63,567 bases of DNA from Kiritimatiellia bacterium. Lineage in GTDB: Bacteria > Verrucomicrobiota > Kiritimatiellia > CAIQIC01 > Lenti-01. This document shows, in pieces, positions 17,121 to 25,952 of the stretch. The translations under genes and the position numbers were made by a program. The notes beneath the pieces were generated by a model. That model ran no database searches. It was given only the letters and a program-made list of their open reading frames with translations, and was not told where the DNA came from. Within the stretch, counting starts at the first letter, position 1. Each line of letters begins with the position of its first letter. Location of the stretch: positions 1 through 63,567 of the forward strand of contig JAFYAC010000094.1 of assembly GCA_017540905.1 (NCBI GenBank), in the 5' to 3' direction.

Positions 17121-18432
17121 GGCCAAGTGCCTGCAAGCCCAGCAGCACGTCCGTGGCCCGGCGCAGGTAGGGGTCGTGCCGGGTGCGGTCCCGCAACGCG
17201 CGGTCCTCCTTCTCCTCCTCGGAGAGGGACTTGCCCTTGCGGAGCACCGGCTCTTCCGGCTCGTACACGGTCTCGGCGAGCGCCTGCCCGCCGATCTCCA
17301 GCGCCGGCGCAAGTCCCGCCCGCCCGTCGTGGCGATGGCCCGACGCATCCGTCACCGCGTGGACCGCGAGCAGCGCTTTCCGCCCATCCCCGAGCTCCAC
17401 CACCTCGCGCACCAGCGGATTCCCCGACGTTTCCCGCCCGACCACCAGCACGCCTTCCCCGGCGCCGCCCAGCGCAATGGCCAGCAGCTCCGCCGCCCCC
17501 GACGTCCCTTCGTCCACCAGCACCACCAGCGGCTTGCGGACGCGCTCTCCCGGGAACGCCCCGACCGCCACCGTCCGCGCCGCCGCCGTCCCCTCGTCCA
17601 CCCGGTACAGGATCTTCCCAGGAAGCGCGAACCTCCCCGCGATGCCCACGACCTCCCCCTCCGCCGCCGCGTCACCGTCCGCCCCGCGCAAATCCAGTAC
17701 CATCCCCGCCGGAACCTGCCCCTCCTCCTCCCACGCCGCCAGAGCCTGCACGACTTCCTCCGCCGCGCCGGCCTCGATCCGCTCCAGGCGCAGATATCCG
17801 ATGCCGGTCGGCAGCCGCTCCACCCCCGCCAGCCCCGGCACCTCGTCCTTCCGGCCCCTTTCCAGCACCACCTCCCGCACCTCCCCGCCATCCCCCGGCA
17901 ACACCTTCACCGGGATTTCCGCCTCCTCCCCGCCCGCCAACGCCGCCCGCACTTCCGAAAGATCCGGCCCATCGGCCACGGTCGCTCCGCCCACCTCGTC
18001 AATCCAGTCCCCCGCCTTGATCCCCGCCCCGTCCGCCGCCGATCCCGGGGCCACCCACGCCACCCGCGGCAAGCCCTCCGTGCCCACCAGCACCATCCCG
18101 TACGTCCAATTCCCCGCTTGCGGCACCTCGAACCCGACACCCGGGTCCCCCGCCCGGAGCACCGCCTCCAGCACGGCAAGCTCGATTGCCTCCGCCGACA
18201 GCCCATCCCGGGCAAAACCGCCCAGCGCCGCCAGCGCCTTCCGCGCGCCCCGGGCCGCAGCCTCTTCCAGCGGATCGCCGGCGACCTCCTCCACGGCGGG
18301 CGCGGGCGCCTCCTCCACGGCGGGAACCGCCTCCGGTACAACCGCAACCTTGTCCTGCCCCCACGCCACGCCGGCGGCCAGCAGCACGCCGGCCAGCACC
18401 GGCTTCGCCATCCAAAAACCATTCGTCGTCAT
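17107..18432 (-). CDS. S41-family C-terminal processing peptidase with PDZ domain
   Basis: MTTNGFWMAKPVLAGVLLAAGVAWG is the signal peptide. The PDZ-like segment is GSAADGAGIKAGDWIDEVGG. LVVLVDEGTSGAAELLA is the S41 serine motif. I use the ATG at 18432. Confidence 0.8.
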   Translation of the reverse strand: MTTNGFWMAKPVLAGVLLAAGVAWGQDKVAVVPEAVPAVEEAPAPAVEEVAGDPLEEAAARGARKALAALGGFARDGLSAEAIELAVLEAVLRAGDPGVGFEVPQAGNWTYGMVLVGTEGLPRVAWVAPGSAADGAGIKAGDWIDEVGGATVADGPDLSEVRAALAGGEEAEIPVKVLPGDGGEVREVVLERGRKDEVPGLAGVERLPTGIGYLRLERIEAGAAEEVVQALAAWEEEGQVPAGMVLDLRGADGDAAAEGEVVGIAGRFALPGKILYRVDEGTAAARTVAVGAFPGERVRKPLVVLVDEGTSGAAELLAIALGGAGEGVLVVGRETSGNPLVREVVELGDGRKALLAVHAVTDASGHRHDGRAGLAPALEIGGQALAETVYEPEEPVLRKGKSLSEEEKEDRALRDRTRHDPYLRRATDVLLGLQALGHEWR

Positions 18433-18806
18433 CGGATACCCTTTCTGCAACATGTCTTTCCACTCTACCACACCCCCTGCCCCCCGCGCTCCACAAATTT
18501 GCCTCTTCTGGGTTTTTCCCCGAAGCGCCCCCACACCCCGCCCCCGCCTTCCAAACATCTCCCACCCCCTCCTCCTCCACATCAATGAGATTACAGAAAA
18601 TACAGTAATTGTTTTCTATTTTTCATCCTTCTTCCCACCATGAAAACTATTCCCCCATCCCCTCCCCCTCCCGTTTCCATCATTGCCGACCGCGTTGCCC
18701 GTGGGCACGGCTACTGCCTCTTCACCTTTTTCCCCCGGAAACTGCACGAATCGCCCCCGCTTTCCTTGTTCCCCCTAATCCCCCCTCTAATCAATTTCCC
18801 CCCTGA

Positions 18807-19742
18807 TCAGTGCGCAACCGTGCCGCCGCGCCCGACCGTGGCGAGCCAGTGCCGGATCCTGTTCTGCAAATGCAGCGCCCGCCCCGAAAGATTCCCCGCC
18901 GCCAGCAACCGCCCCATCGCCGCCTTCGTCGCCTCCACCCGCTCCGGCGCCGCATTGACGACCCGGTCTTTTGAGATTACAGAAAAGCTGCGGTTTTTCC
19001 ATTTTTTCTCGCCACCGTTCCGCCGCCGTCCGTGGGCTTTCCGGACCGTGACCAACCGGACAATCCCCAACTTTTTCTCGGCATACAGCGAGAGCGCCTT
19101 GAACGTGCGGTTCTCCCGCAGGATGGCCCCCAACCGCCGGCGCGCACTCTGGAATTCTTCCTGCAATCCACTCTGCAACGATTGCCCTTCGGGAAGGCCG
19201 TCGACGAGCCACTCGAGGGGTAGCCTCTCGTCCAGTTGCAAGACCGAACGCAGGCGCTGGACCAGCTTCTTGTAGCGCATGACCGTGGAATACGGGACGG
19301 CCACGCGGCGGTCTTCGAGCCAGCCTTTCACTCCGCCCTTGCGGGAACGGAACACCGTCTTGCCACTGGGGAGGGTCCTGCGCGAGATGGCATGGTCGAG
19401 CGTGGGGTCGAGGTCGGCCAGGCGCGATCCGATGCACAGCCGGATGCGCAACGTGCGCGGTTCGGCGTCCCAGGGGCCGGCTATGTCCGCGGGTTTCGGC
19501 GTGCCGCGCAGCGACGGCGATGCGGGCCGTTTCTCGCGGATGCGGATTTGCCGGCCGATTTCGTCGATTGCCCAGGCCCCGATTTCGGAGAGGGCGAAAG
19601 CGGCGACGATGGGCGGCGTGAGGGCCGCCAGGAGCATCCAGTCGTTGTTGTGGAAGGCCGGACCGGCCTCGCGGGTTGCGCGGTGGAGGGAATTGAGGAC
19701 CTTGCCGGTGCCGCCGGCGATGCGGGCGATGGATTCTTTCAT
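18807..19742 (-). CDS. Hypothetical protein (311 aa, one N-terminal TM helix), no recognisable family
   Basis: The ORF has strong GC3 bias throughout and an ATG start. A possible HTH is VPYSTVMRYKKLVQRL. The gene is bracketed by inverted GAGATTAC boxes and carries one box pair in-frame at 18973-19010. Confidence 0.7.
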   Translation of the reverse strand: MKESIARIAGGTGKVLNSLHRATREAGPAFHNNDWMLLAALTPPIVAAFALSEIGAWAIDEIGRQIRIREKRPASPSLRGTPKPADIAGPWDAEPRTLRIRLCIGSRLADLDPTLDHAISRRTLPSGKTVFRSRKGGVKGWLEDRRVAVPYSTVMRYKKLVQRLRSVLQLDERLPLEWLVDGLPEGQSLQSGLQEEFQSARRRLGAILRENRTFKALSLYAEKKLGIVRLVTVRKAHGRRRNGGEKKWKNRSFSVISKDRVVNAAPERVEATKAAMGRLLAAGNLSGRALHLQNRIRHWLATVGRGGTVAH

Positions 19743-19831
19743 GGGGGAATGATTTCAGAAATTGCTGGAATGTCAATGATTTTCAGTAATCTCATTTGTG
19801 GTTTCCCGCGGGAACCAAGAGGGGCGGGGAA

Positions 19832-21316
19832 TCAGGGTTGGGGAGAGGAGAGGGAGCGGCAGAGGGCGAGGTTGGCGGAGGCGGCGGGGTTGCCGGGGGA
19901 GATTTCGAGGGCGGTGAGGAGGAGGCGTTCGGCTTCCGCGAGGTTGCCGCGGCGGCCTTCCAGGACACCCCAGTCGATCCAGGCGTGGACGGAACGGGGG
20001 TTGGCTTCGGTGGCGGCCTTGTAGAAGGTCGCCGCGGCGTCGGGGTCGCCCCGCTCCTCCGCGAGCAGGCCGAGCCAGGTGGCGGCGGTGGCGGACTTGG
20101 GATTCTGGAAATACGCGGCGGACCACAGGGCCTCCGGCGAACGCCACTGCCAGACGCGGGCGACCAGCAGCACCGCGTACAGCAGCGCGACGGCCCCCGC
20201 CCCGGCGCGCCGCGCGCCCGCCGGCTGCTGCTCGAACAGCCACGCCGCCATCAGCGCGAACCCGGGCACGACCGGATAGAGGTAGCGGTCCGCGACCGGA
20301 TGGTAGAGCGGCCACAGGTTCGACACCGGCAGGAACCAGACCGCCATCCAGCACAGCCCGAAGGCGAGTGTCGGCAGCCGCCGCCGGGCCTTCCAGGCGC
20401 CCACCGCGCAGACAGCGATCCAGAAGAGTCCCAACCAGAACCGCCCGTCCGCGGGCGATGCCACGGCGTCGAAGCGCGGCGTGACGTTCAGCGGCCACGG
20501 CACCAGCGCCAGACGCAGCGTGCGGGTCCACAGCGCCGGCACCGACCAGAGGTTCTCCGGCGGGCGGAGCGACTCCCCGTTCCAGCCGCCGGCGGCCGCC
20601 TGCATGTCCGCGGGCAACGCCGCCCACAGCGCGAAGAACCCGGCCGCCAGCAGCGCGGCCGACACTGCGAGCCCCCACGCGGCGCGCGGCCGCGCGAAAG
20701 TCCGCGGATACAGCCAGAGCACGGCCCCCGCCGCCAGCGGCCAAGCAAGGGCGGTCTCCTTGGAGAGCAGGGCCAGCGCCAGGGCCGCGAGCATGGCGCC
20801 CCCCCGGAGCGCGGCCCCCGCCCGCCTGCCGCGGGAGGAGTCCGCGGCCCAGAACCACGCATGGAAGGCCGCCAGCGACCAGAACAGGCAGAGCACGTCC
20901 GCGCGGAATCCGGGCGCATGGACCGCCTCCACCAGCGCCGGATGCAGCGCGAACAGCAACGCCGCCAGCCGCGCCGGCGTCCCCCGCCCCGTCAGCCGCC
21001 GGACCAGCGCCGCCAGCAGCAGCGCGTTGGCCAGGTGCAGCGCGAGGTTCGTCGCGCGCCAGCCCGCCGGGCGCAGCCCGTGCAGGGCGCGGTCGGCGAA
21101 GTAGGACGCGAGCACGGCGGGGCGCCGTCCGTTGAGCACCTTCGGATCGGCGAGCGTTCGGCCCGTGAGCACGAGCGCAACGTTTCCGCCGTCGGCGAGG
21201 AACTCGTTCTCCTCGATCATCCCGACGTCGTCGTACAGGAACGGGAACCGCAACCCGTACAGCCACGGCGCGGCCATTGCGGCCGCGAGCAGGCACCACT
21301 TGATCCACTTCTTCAT
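19832..21316 (-). CDS. Polytopic membrane protein with C-terminal TPR repeats (PMT_2 / GT39-like architecture)
   Basis: MKKWIKWCLLAAAMAAPWLYGLRFPFLYDDVGMI... is followed by about 10 transmembrane helices and a C-terminal TPR region (AATFYKAATEANPRSVHAWIDWGVLEGRRGNLAEAERLL). I use the ATG at 21316. The remainder of track ORF 19832..22630 is antisense to the radical SAM gene. Confidence 0.8.
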   Translation of the reverse strand: MKKWIKWCLLAAAMAAPWLYGLRFPFLYDDVGMIEENEFLADGGNVALVLTGRTLADPKVLNGRRPAVLASYFADRALHGLRPAGWRATNLALHLANALLLAALVRRLTGRGTPARLAALLFALHPALVEAVHAPGFRADVLCLFWSLAAFHAWFWAADSSRGRRAGAALRGGAMLAALALALLSKETALAWPLAAGAVLWLYPRTFARPRAAWGLAVSAALLAAGFFALWAALPADMQAAAGGWNGESLRPPENLWSVPALWTRTLRLALVPWPLNVTPRFDAVASPADGRFWLGLFWIAVCAVGAWKARRRLPTLAFGLCWMAVWFLPVSNLWPLYHPVADRYLYPVVPGFALMAAWLFEQQPAGARRAGAGAVALLYAVLLVARVWQWRSPEALWSAAYFQNPKSATAATWLGLLAEERGDPDAAATFYKAATEANPRSVHAWIDWGVLEGRRGNLAEAERLLLTALEISPGNPAASANLALCRSLSSPQP

Positions 21317-21427
21317 GCCCCCATTCAACGCGAAACCCATCCGCGATGCCAGCCGAATTTCGCGCCTTCCGGCGGGATGGCGGTTTTGGGGTTCCGGCAA
21401 CGCCCTTCCGGCGCTATGATGGGGCGC

Positions 21428-22462
21428 ATGGAAAACGGATGCGAAGCGGGATATTGGACGACGGAGGGAACGGGCGGGGACGTGCGCTGCGGACTGTGTC
21501 CGCACGCCTGCCTCGTCGCGCCGGGCCGCCGGGGCCGCTGCGGGGTGCGGGCCAACGCCGGCGGCGCCATGCGGAGCCTGTCCTGGGGGCGCCCGGTTGC
21601 GGTGGCGGTCGATCCGGTGGAAAAGAAGCCCCTCTACCACTTCCTCCCCGGACGCGACGTCCTGTCCCTCGGCACGCTGGGCTGCAACCTCTCCTGCCGT
21701 TTCTGCCAGAACGACACCCTGAGCCGCCCCGCGCCGGAGGACGTCGCGGCTCTGGCGCGGGAGCGTGCGCTTTCCCCGGAGGAGGTGGCGGCAGCGGCGC
21801 AGGAGCGGGGGGTCCCGATGGTGGCCTTCACCTACAACGAACCGGCGGTCTGGGCGGAATGGGCCGTGGAATGCGCGGCGGCCTGCCGGGAGGTTGGCGT
21901 GCGGACCGTCGCGGTGACCAACGGCTACATCGCGGGGGCGGCGCGGCGGGATTTCTTCGGCGCGATGGACGCGGCGAACGTGGACCTGAAATCGTTCGGC
22001 GACGCCTTCTACCGGCGCCAGTGCGGCGCGCGCCTCGCCCCGGTGCTGGAGACGCTGGAATGGATACGGCGGGAAACGCGCTGCTGGCTCGAAGTGACGA
22101 CCCTGCTGGTACCGGGCCTGAACGACTCCGAAGCGGAGATCTCCGCCCTCGCCGGATGGGTCGCGGAGCGCCTGGGCGCGGACACGCCCCTGCATTTCAG
22201 CGCCTTCCACGGCGCCTGCGAGATGGCGGACGCGGCCCCGACTCCGCCGGAGACGCTGCTGCGCGCCCGACGCACCGCGAAGGCCTGCGGCCTGCGCCAC
22301 GTCTACCTGGGCAACGTCCGCCTGCCGGGCGGCGGCGACACGCACTGCCCGCGGTGCGGCGACCTGCTGGTGAAACGCAACGGCTACGCGGTCCGCTCCC
22401 GCTGGCAGGCCCCGGGCATTTGCCCCTCGTGCACCGCCCCCTGCCCCGGCGTGTGGACATGA
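21428..22462 (+). CDS. AmmeMemoRadiSam-system radical SAM enzyme (AmrS-like)
   Basis: MENGCEAGYWTTEGTGGDVRCGLCPHACLVAPGRRGRCGVR is the N-terminal Cys cluster and GCNLSCRFCQN is the CxxxCxxC motif. FTYNEPAVWAEW and a C-terminal CPRCG...CPSC are also present. An alternative ATG lies at 21416. Confidence 0.85.
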   Translation: MENGCEAGYWTTEGTGGDVRCGLCPHACLVAPGRRGRCGVRANAGGAMRSLSWGRPVAVAVDPVEKKPLYHFLPGRDVLSLGTLGCNLSCRFCQNDTLSRPAPEDVAALARERALSPEEVAAAAQERGVPMVAFTYNEPAVWAEWAVECAAACREVGVRTVAVTNGYIAGAARRDFFGAMDAANVDLKSFGDAFYRRQCGARLAPVLETLEWIRRETRCWLEVTTLLVPGLNDSEAEISALAGWVAERLGADTPLHFSAFHGACEMADAAPTPPETLLRARRTAKACGLRHVYLGNVRLPGGGDTHCPRCGDLLVKRNGYAVRSRWQAPGICPSCTAPCPGVWT

Positions 22463-22662
22463 CTCCCCGAAATCCGGCAGGAGAAGTATCCTCCGCCGGA
22501 GATAGCGCGGGCAAGCTGGTTGAGCTGCTTGGGGTTCAGGGAGGCCTTCGGGAAGGTGCGGGGGCCACGGGATTTTCCTGGATGGTGTCTTCGCAACGCC
22601 GGTATATGTCTGGGTTGGGTTCTTGGTCAACCTTCACGGCTCACACGGTTCCGGAACGGCTA

Positions 22663-22866
22663 TTATTCTACCGTGACCCCGGGAATGCCCCGCAACCATG
22701 GGAAGTCCAAGCAGGCGGTCAGCTCCAGCAGGCGCAGCGTCCCGCCTTCCGCCACGAAGGTTCCGTGGCCGGCCTTCCATGCGGAGTTCATGAACTGTGG
22801 CATGGCCAGCTCGACACACCGTTCGTCCGCAACGGGAGATTCCGGCTCCGTCAGGGACGTGACCAT
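22663..22866 (-). CDS. Small hypothetical ORF (67 aa); possibly a gene remnant
   Basis: The product is MVTSLTEPESPVADERCVELAMPQFMNSAWKAGHGTFVAEGGTLRLLELTACLDFPWLRGIPGVTVE. GC3 is high but I recognise no family. The start lies in a 17-bp tandem duplication. Confidence 0.3.
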   Translation of the reverse strand: MVTSLTEPESPVADERCVELAMPQFMNSAWKAGHGTFVAEGGTLRLLELTACLDFPWLRGIPGVTVE

Positions 22867-23061
22867 GGGAGGTACGTGACCATGGGAGGTCGCAGGAACA
22901 TGACAGGCCCCATCATTCGCCCGGCCGCGACGAAGCGCGGCCCTCCCGAAACGGCATCCGGCAGCGAATGCCGGACGCCCTACAATTCGCCCCCCCCCGT
23001 TGCAGGGGAACAGGACAAGGAGTATCCTGCGCGCCAAGATGCGAATTCAGGAGAAAGCAGG

Positions 23062-23946
23062 ATGAAAAGAAGTCTCAAGGAACGGTTTGCCGTATTATTC
23101 GTGGCAGGGGTGTTGGTGTGCAGCGGATCGGCGGCGGGAGCGTCGGAGTCCAGTTCGGTCGGACCGGACGATTTGGCGGCCAGCCCCATCGCCCGCCTCG
23201 CCCAGGCCATCGAGGACGGCGATGCCGCGACCGTCGCGGCGTACGTCCGCTATCCCCTCGAACGGGAAGCGCCGATTCCCGCCATCGGCAACGAGGAAGA
23301 GTTCGTCGCCCATTTCCCCGTTCTCTTCGACGAGCCCTTCCGCCAGGGGATGAGGGAAGGGCGGTTCCCTCGCGACTGGGAAGAGGTGGGATGCCGCGGC
23401 GTCATGTACGCGAGGGGGGCCCTGTGGGTGGACGGCACGTTGGCGGACGGCGGCAAAATCATCAGCGTGAACTACCAGTCCCCCGGTGAAAAGCGCCTCC
23501 GCGCGGAACTCATCGAAGAGGAACGCTCGACTCTGGCGCCCGGCCTTGCCAGGCACTGCGACCCCGTTTTCTGTTTCGAGACGGACGACAGGGAGATTGC
23601 GGGGCGGGTGGACAAGGAGGAGAACGGCGACTTCCGGATTCTGCTCTATGACGGACCGGCACGGACCGGACGGGGCATCCCGTGGAAGAGCAATCCGGCT
23701 GCGTATTTTCAAGCCACGGCAGTCTACGAAGGCTCCGGCGGCAACCACACCTATCTGGACCGTTTCGGCCGGTATGCCTTGGACGTCACGATCGTCGGCC
23801 ATCCCGACGCCCCCGAACTCGAACTGTACGAGAGGGAGTCGTGGATGGATGCCGTCGGCGAAGGACGTCCCTCACATTATGCCTCCTGGTTCGATTTGCT
23901 CGAATCTCCTGACACGGCCACATCCGATGGAAGTTCGGCAAAATGA
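23062..23946 (+). CDS. Secreted hypothetical protein
   Basis: MKRSLKERFAVLFVAGVLVCSGSAAGA is a signal peptide and the GC3 bias is good. I recognise no domain. It forms only the last third of track ORF 21346..23946. Confidence 0.7.
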   Translation: MKRSLKERFAVLFVAGVLVCSGSAAGASESSSVGPDDLAASPIARLAQAIEDGDAATVAAYVRYPLEREAPIPAIGNEEEFVAHFPVLFDEPFRQGMREGRFPRDWEEVGCRGVMYARGALWVDGTLADGGKIISVNYQSPGEKRLRAELIEEERSTLAPGLARHCDPVFCFETDDREIAGRVDKEENGDFRILLYDGPARTGRGIPWKSNPAAYFQATAVYEGSGGNHTYLDRFGRYALDVTIVGHPDAPELELYERESWMDAVGEGRPSHYASWFDLLESPDTATSDGSSAK

Positions 23947-24158
23947 GCTGGAGGGAACCTTGGGGCGGATAGTTGCTTGATTTGGCATGCCGAGGCGGCG
24001 CAGGAGGAGGGGGCGGAAACGGGGCGTCGTCCCTCTCGGGGGGGCAACATGGTGTTTTTGGGGGCAAACGGATTCTGTCCCCCCAGTTTGTCCCCCTTTC
24101 GGAGGCCGAAAACGCCCAAAATCGGGCAAATGCCCCATAAAATTCCATTATCAAAACA

Positions 24159-24184
24159 ATAAAAAAGCCTCCGAAAACGGAGAC
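24159..24184 (-). terminator. Rho-independent terminator downstream of tRNA-Pro
   Basis: The minus strand reads CTCCGTTTTCGGAG followed by GCTTTTTTATTG. Confidence 0.6.
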
Positions 24185-24193
24185 AAAAAGGAG

Positions 24194-24267
24194 TCGGGGC
24201 GACTGGATTTGAACCAGCGACTTCTTGGTCCCGAACCAAGCGCTCTACCAGGCTGAGCCACGCCCCG
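24194..24267 (-). tRNA. tRNA-Pro (anticodon CGG)
   Basis: The reverse complement is CGGGGCGTGGCTCAGCCTGGTAGAGCGCTTGGTTCGGGACCAAGAAGTCGCTGGTTCAAATCCAGTCGCCCCGA. It folds as a cloverleaf with anticodon loop TTCGGGA and is 74 nt long. CCA is not encoded. Confidence 0.95.
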
Positions 24268-24281
24268 ATGGAATTGCGGGA

Positions 24282-24310
24282 ACTATAGCGGGATGGCGGC
24301 GGGATGCAAG
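24282..24310 (-). promoter_or_regulatory. Sigma70-like promoter CTTGCA-17-TATAGT for tRNA-Pro
   Basis: The minus strand reads CTTGCA TCCCGCCGCCATCCCGC TATAGT. The -10 element ends 14 nt before the tRNA 5' end. Confidence 0.55.
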
Positions 24311-24418
24311 CGTTATTTGAGGGTGGGCCGGCGGCCGCAGAATCGAATCGACTCCGGGGCCGCGTCCGTGCATGATGGGTTCCGGCAACCCATCCCGCCA
24401 TCCCGAAAGGAACCCACC

Positions 24419-25294
24419 ATGAGCGAACTGAACGAAACCATCCAAAGCGCCGACTGGAAGGCCGAAAAGCACGCGCCCTCCATCAGCGCCCCCGAAGAAG
24501 CCTTCGCCGGGCGGCCCGTGACCGTCACGGCCTCCATCGGCGCGGCCCTCGCCCACCCCAACACGCCCCAGCACCACATCGCCTGGATGAGCCTCTACTT
24601 CCTGCCCGACGGAGCCAAGCTCCCCATCCAGCTGGCCCATGCCGAGTTCACGGCCCATGCGGAATCCATGACCGGCGAACCCGGGCCCGCCCTGACCCAG
24701 CCCCGCATGGCGGCGGAGGTGCAGCTGTCCAAGGGGGGCACCTTGATGGCGATGGCCTACTGCAACCTGCACGGCCTCTGGCAGTCGTCGAAGGCCATCC
24801 GGGTCGCGGCCGCGGCGCCGGACGCGGATCCCGCGTCGGTGCGGGTCGCCGGACCGGAGTTCCTGGACGCGCTTTGCGGCGAGGCGGCGTCCTCGCCGCG
24901 CCTGCGCAAGAACGCGAACCTGCACGCGGGCAACGACTATCCCTGCCACCGCCTGTTCAACGCGCTGCAGCCGGGGACGTACGTGCGGCCCCACCGCCAC
25001 CTGGAGCCCTCGAAGGACGAGACGCTGCTGCTGGTGCGCGGCTCGATGGGGGCGTGCTTCTTCGACGGCGCCGGCAACGTGGTGCGCACGGAAAAGCTCT
25101 CCCCCGGCATGGCCGTGGACGTTCCCCACGGCGTATGGCACACGTTCGTCTGCCTGGAACCCGACACCGTGTTTTTCGAGGCCAAGGCCGGGCCGTACGT
25201 CCCCATGACGCCCGAAGAGGCCGCCCCCTTCGCCCCGCCCGAGAACGACCCCGCCGCACCGGACTTCCTCGCCGCGCTCGCCAAGCGCTTCTGA
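24419..25294 (+). CDS. Fusion protein: superoxide reductase (neelaredoxin / desulfoferrodoxin Fe-domain) + WbuC-family cupin
   Basis: The N-terminal half carries DWKAEKHAPSI, HPNTPQHHIAWMSLYF and AYCNLHGLWQS, which are the SOR His/Cys iron ligand motifs. The C-terminal half carries NALQPGTYVRPHRH...ETLLLVRG...VPHGVWHT, which is WbuC-type cupin. I use the ATG at 24419. Confidence 0.8.
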   Translation: MSELNETIQSADWKAEKHAPSISAPEEAFAGRPVTVTASIGAALAHPNTPQHHIAWMSLYFLPDGAKLPIQLAHAEFTAHAESMTGEPGPALTQPRMAAEVQLSKGGTLMAMAYCNLHGLWQSSKAIRVAAAAPDADPASVRVAGPEFLDALCGEAASSPRLRKNANLHAGNDYPCHRLFNALQPGTYVRPHRHLEPSKDETLLLVRGSMGACFFDGAGNVVRTEKLSPGMAVDVPHGVWHTFVCLEPDTVFFEAKAGPYVPMTPEEAAPFAPPENDPAAPDFLAALAKRF

Positions 25295-25364
25295 GGCGCT
25301 TTCCGGGAGTTTCCCAAGCGCTTGCGGTCGCGCGGAAGCGCGACCCTCCCGGTGCCCTTCCAAG

Positions 25365-25460
25365 GGGAGGGCCGCGCTTTGTCGCGGCCGCGCGAACGGG
25401 GGGGCAGGCATGTCCCTGAAGCGCCCTGTGGAGACGGCCCGGACGAAGCCGGGCCCTCCC
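25365..25460 (-). repeat. Family H1 hairpin repeat (inverted orientation)
   Basis: GGGGAGGGCCGCGCTTTGTCGCGGCC...GGCATGTCCCTGAAGCGCCCTGTGG...GGCCCGGACGAAGCCGGGCCCTCCC. Confidence 0.85.
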
Positions 25461-25481
25461 TGCGGCCCATTGTTTGCTCTC

Positions 25482-25893
25482 GAGCGGCTGAAGAAACACC
25501 AGGGCTGAACCTGGGATACGGTCCTGGGAGGTGCGGCTTCCAGCCGCGCCATCGACTTGGACATGCGGCGCCGCAGGATGCCGCACCCCCGGAAGTGACG
25601 CAAGACCTTTTGAGCAAGCATCGCGCGACTTCCGGAGGTGCGGCTTCCAGCCGCGCCGCTGGAGGGGAGATTATGGAAGACATGGACATTTTCGGCAGGA
25701 TTGCCATCTCCATGCAACCCGCGGGCGGGACGCCCGCGCCCCCAGAATCCACCCGCTTTCCCAGCCGCCGCCCGGCTGGGGCGGGGCGCCTTGAAAGAGT
25801 TGTCCCGAGTTGTCCAGGTTGTTTCTTTTCCTCCCGCGCTCCATCCGTCGGGGCGCGGCTGAAAGCCGCACCTCCCAGGTCGGTTTTCCGGGG
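25482..25893 (+). repeat. Composite interspersed element E, copy 2 (about 412 bp)
   Basis: See 7521-7875: the block order and orientation are the same. Both copies lie between convergent gene 3' ends. Confidence 0.85.
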
Positions 25894-25952
25894 GCAGCCA
25901 TGGTTTTTCTTAAGGCGCCCTATATGGCCTGAGCCCTCGCGCGTGCGCCCCG

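Noticed and set aside
18576-19800. Calling this unit an insertion sequence
   Set aside because: Inverted ends are present, but I found no target-site duplication and no recognisable transposase catalytic motif in the 311-aa protein. I keep it as a hypothesis under findings, not as a feature.
23947-24193. Small RNA gene (tmRNA or 6S-like) between the secreted-protein gene and tRNA-Pro
   Set aside because: I found no tRNA-like acceptor or tag ORF and no 6S-like bulged duplex. The only clear structure is the intrinsic terminator following tRNA-Pro.
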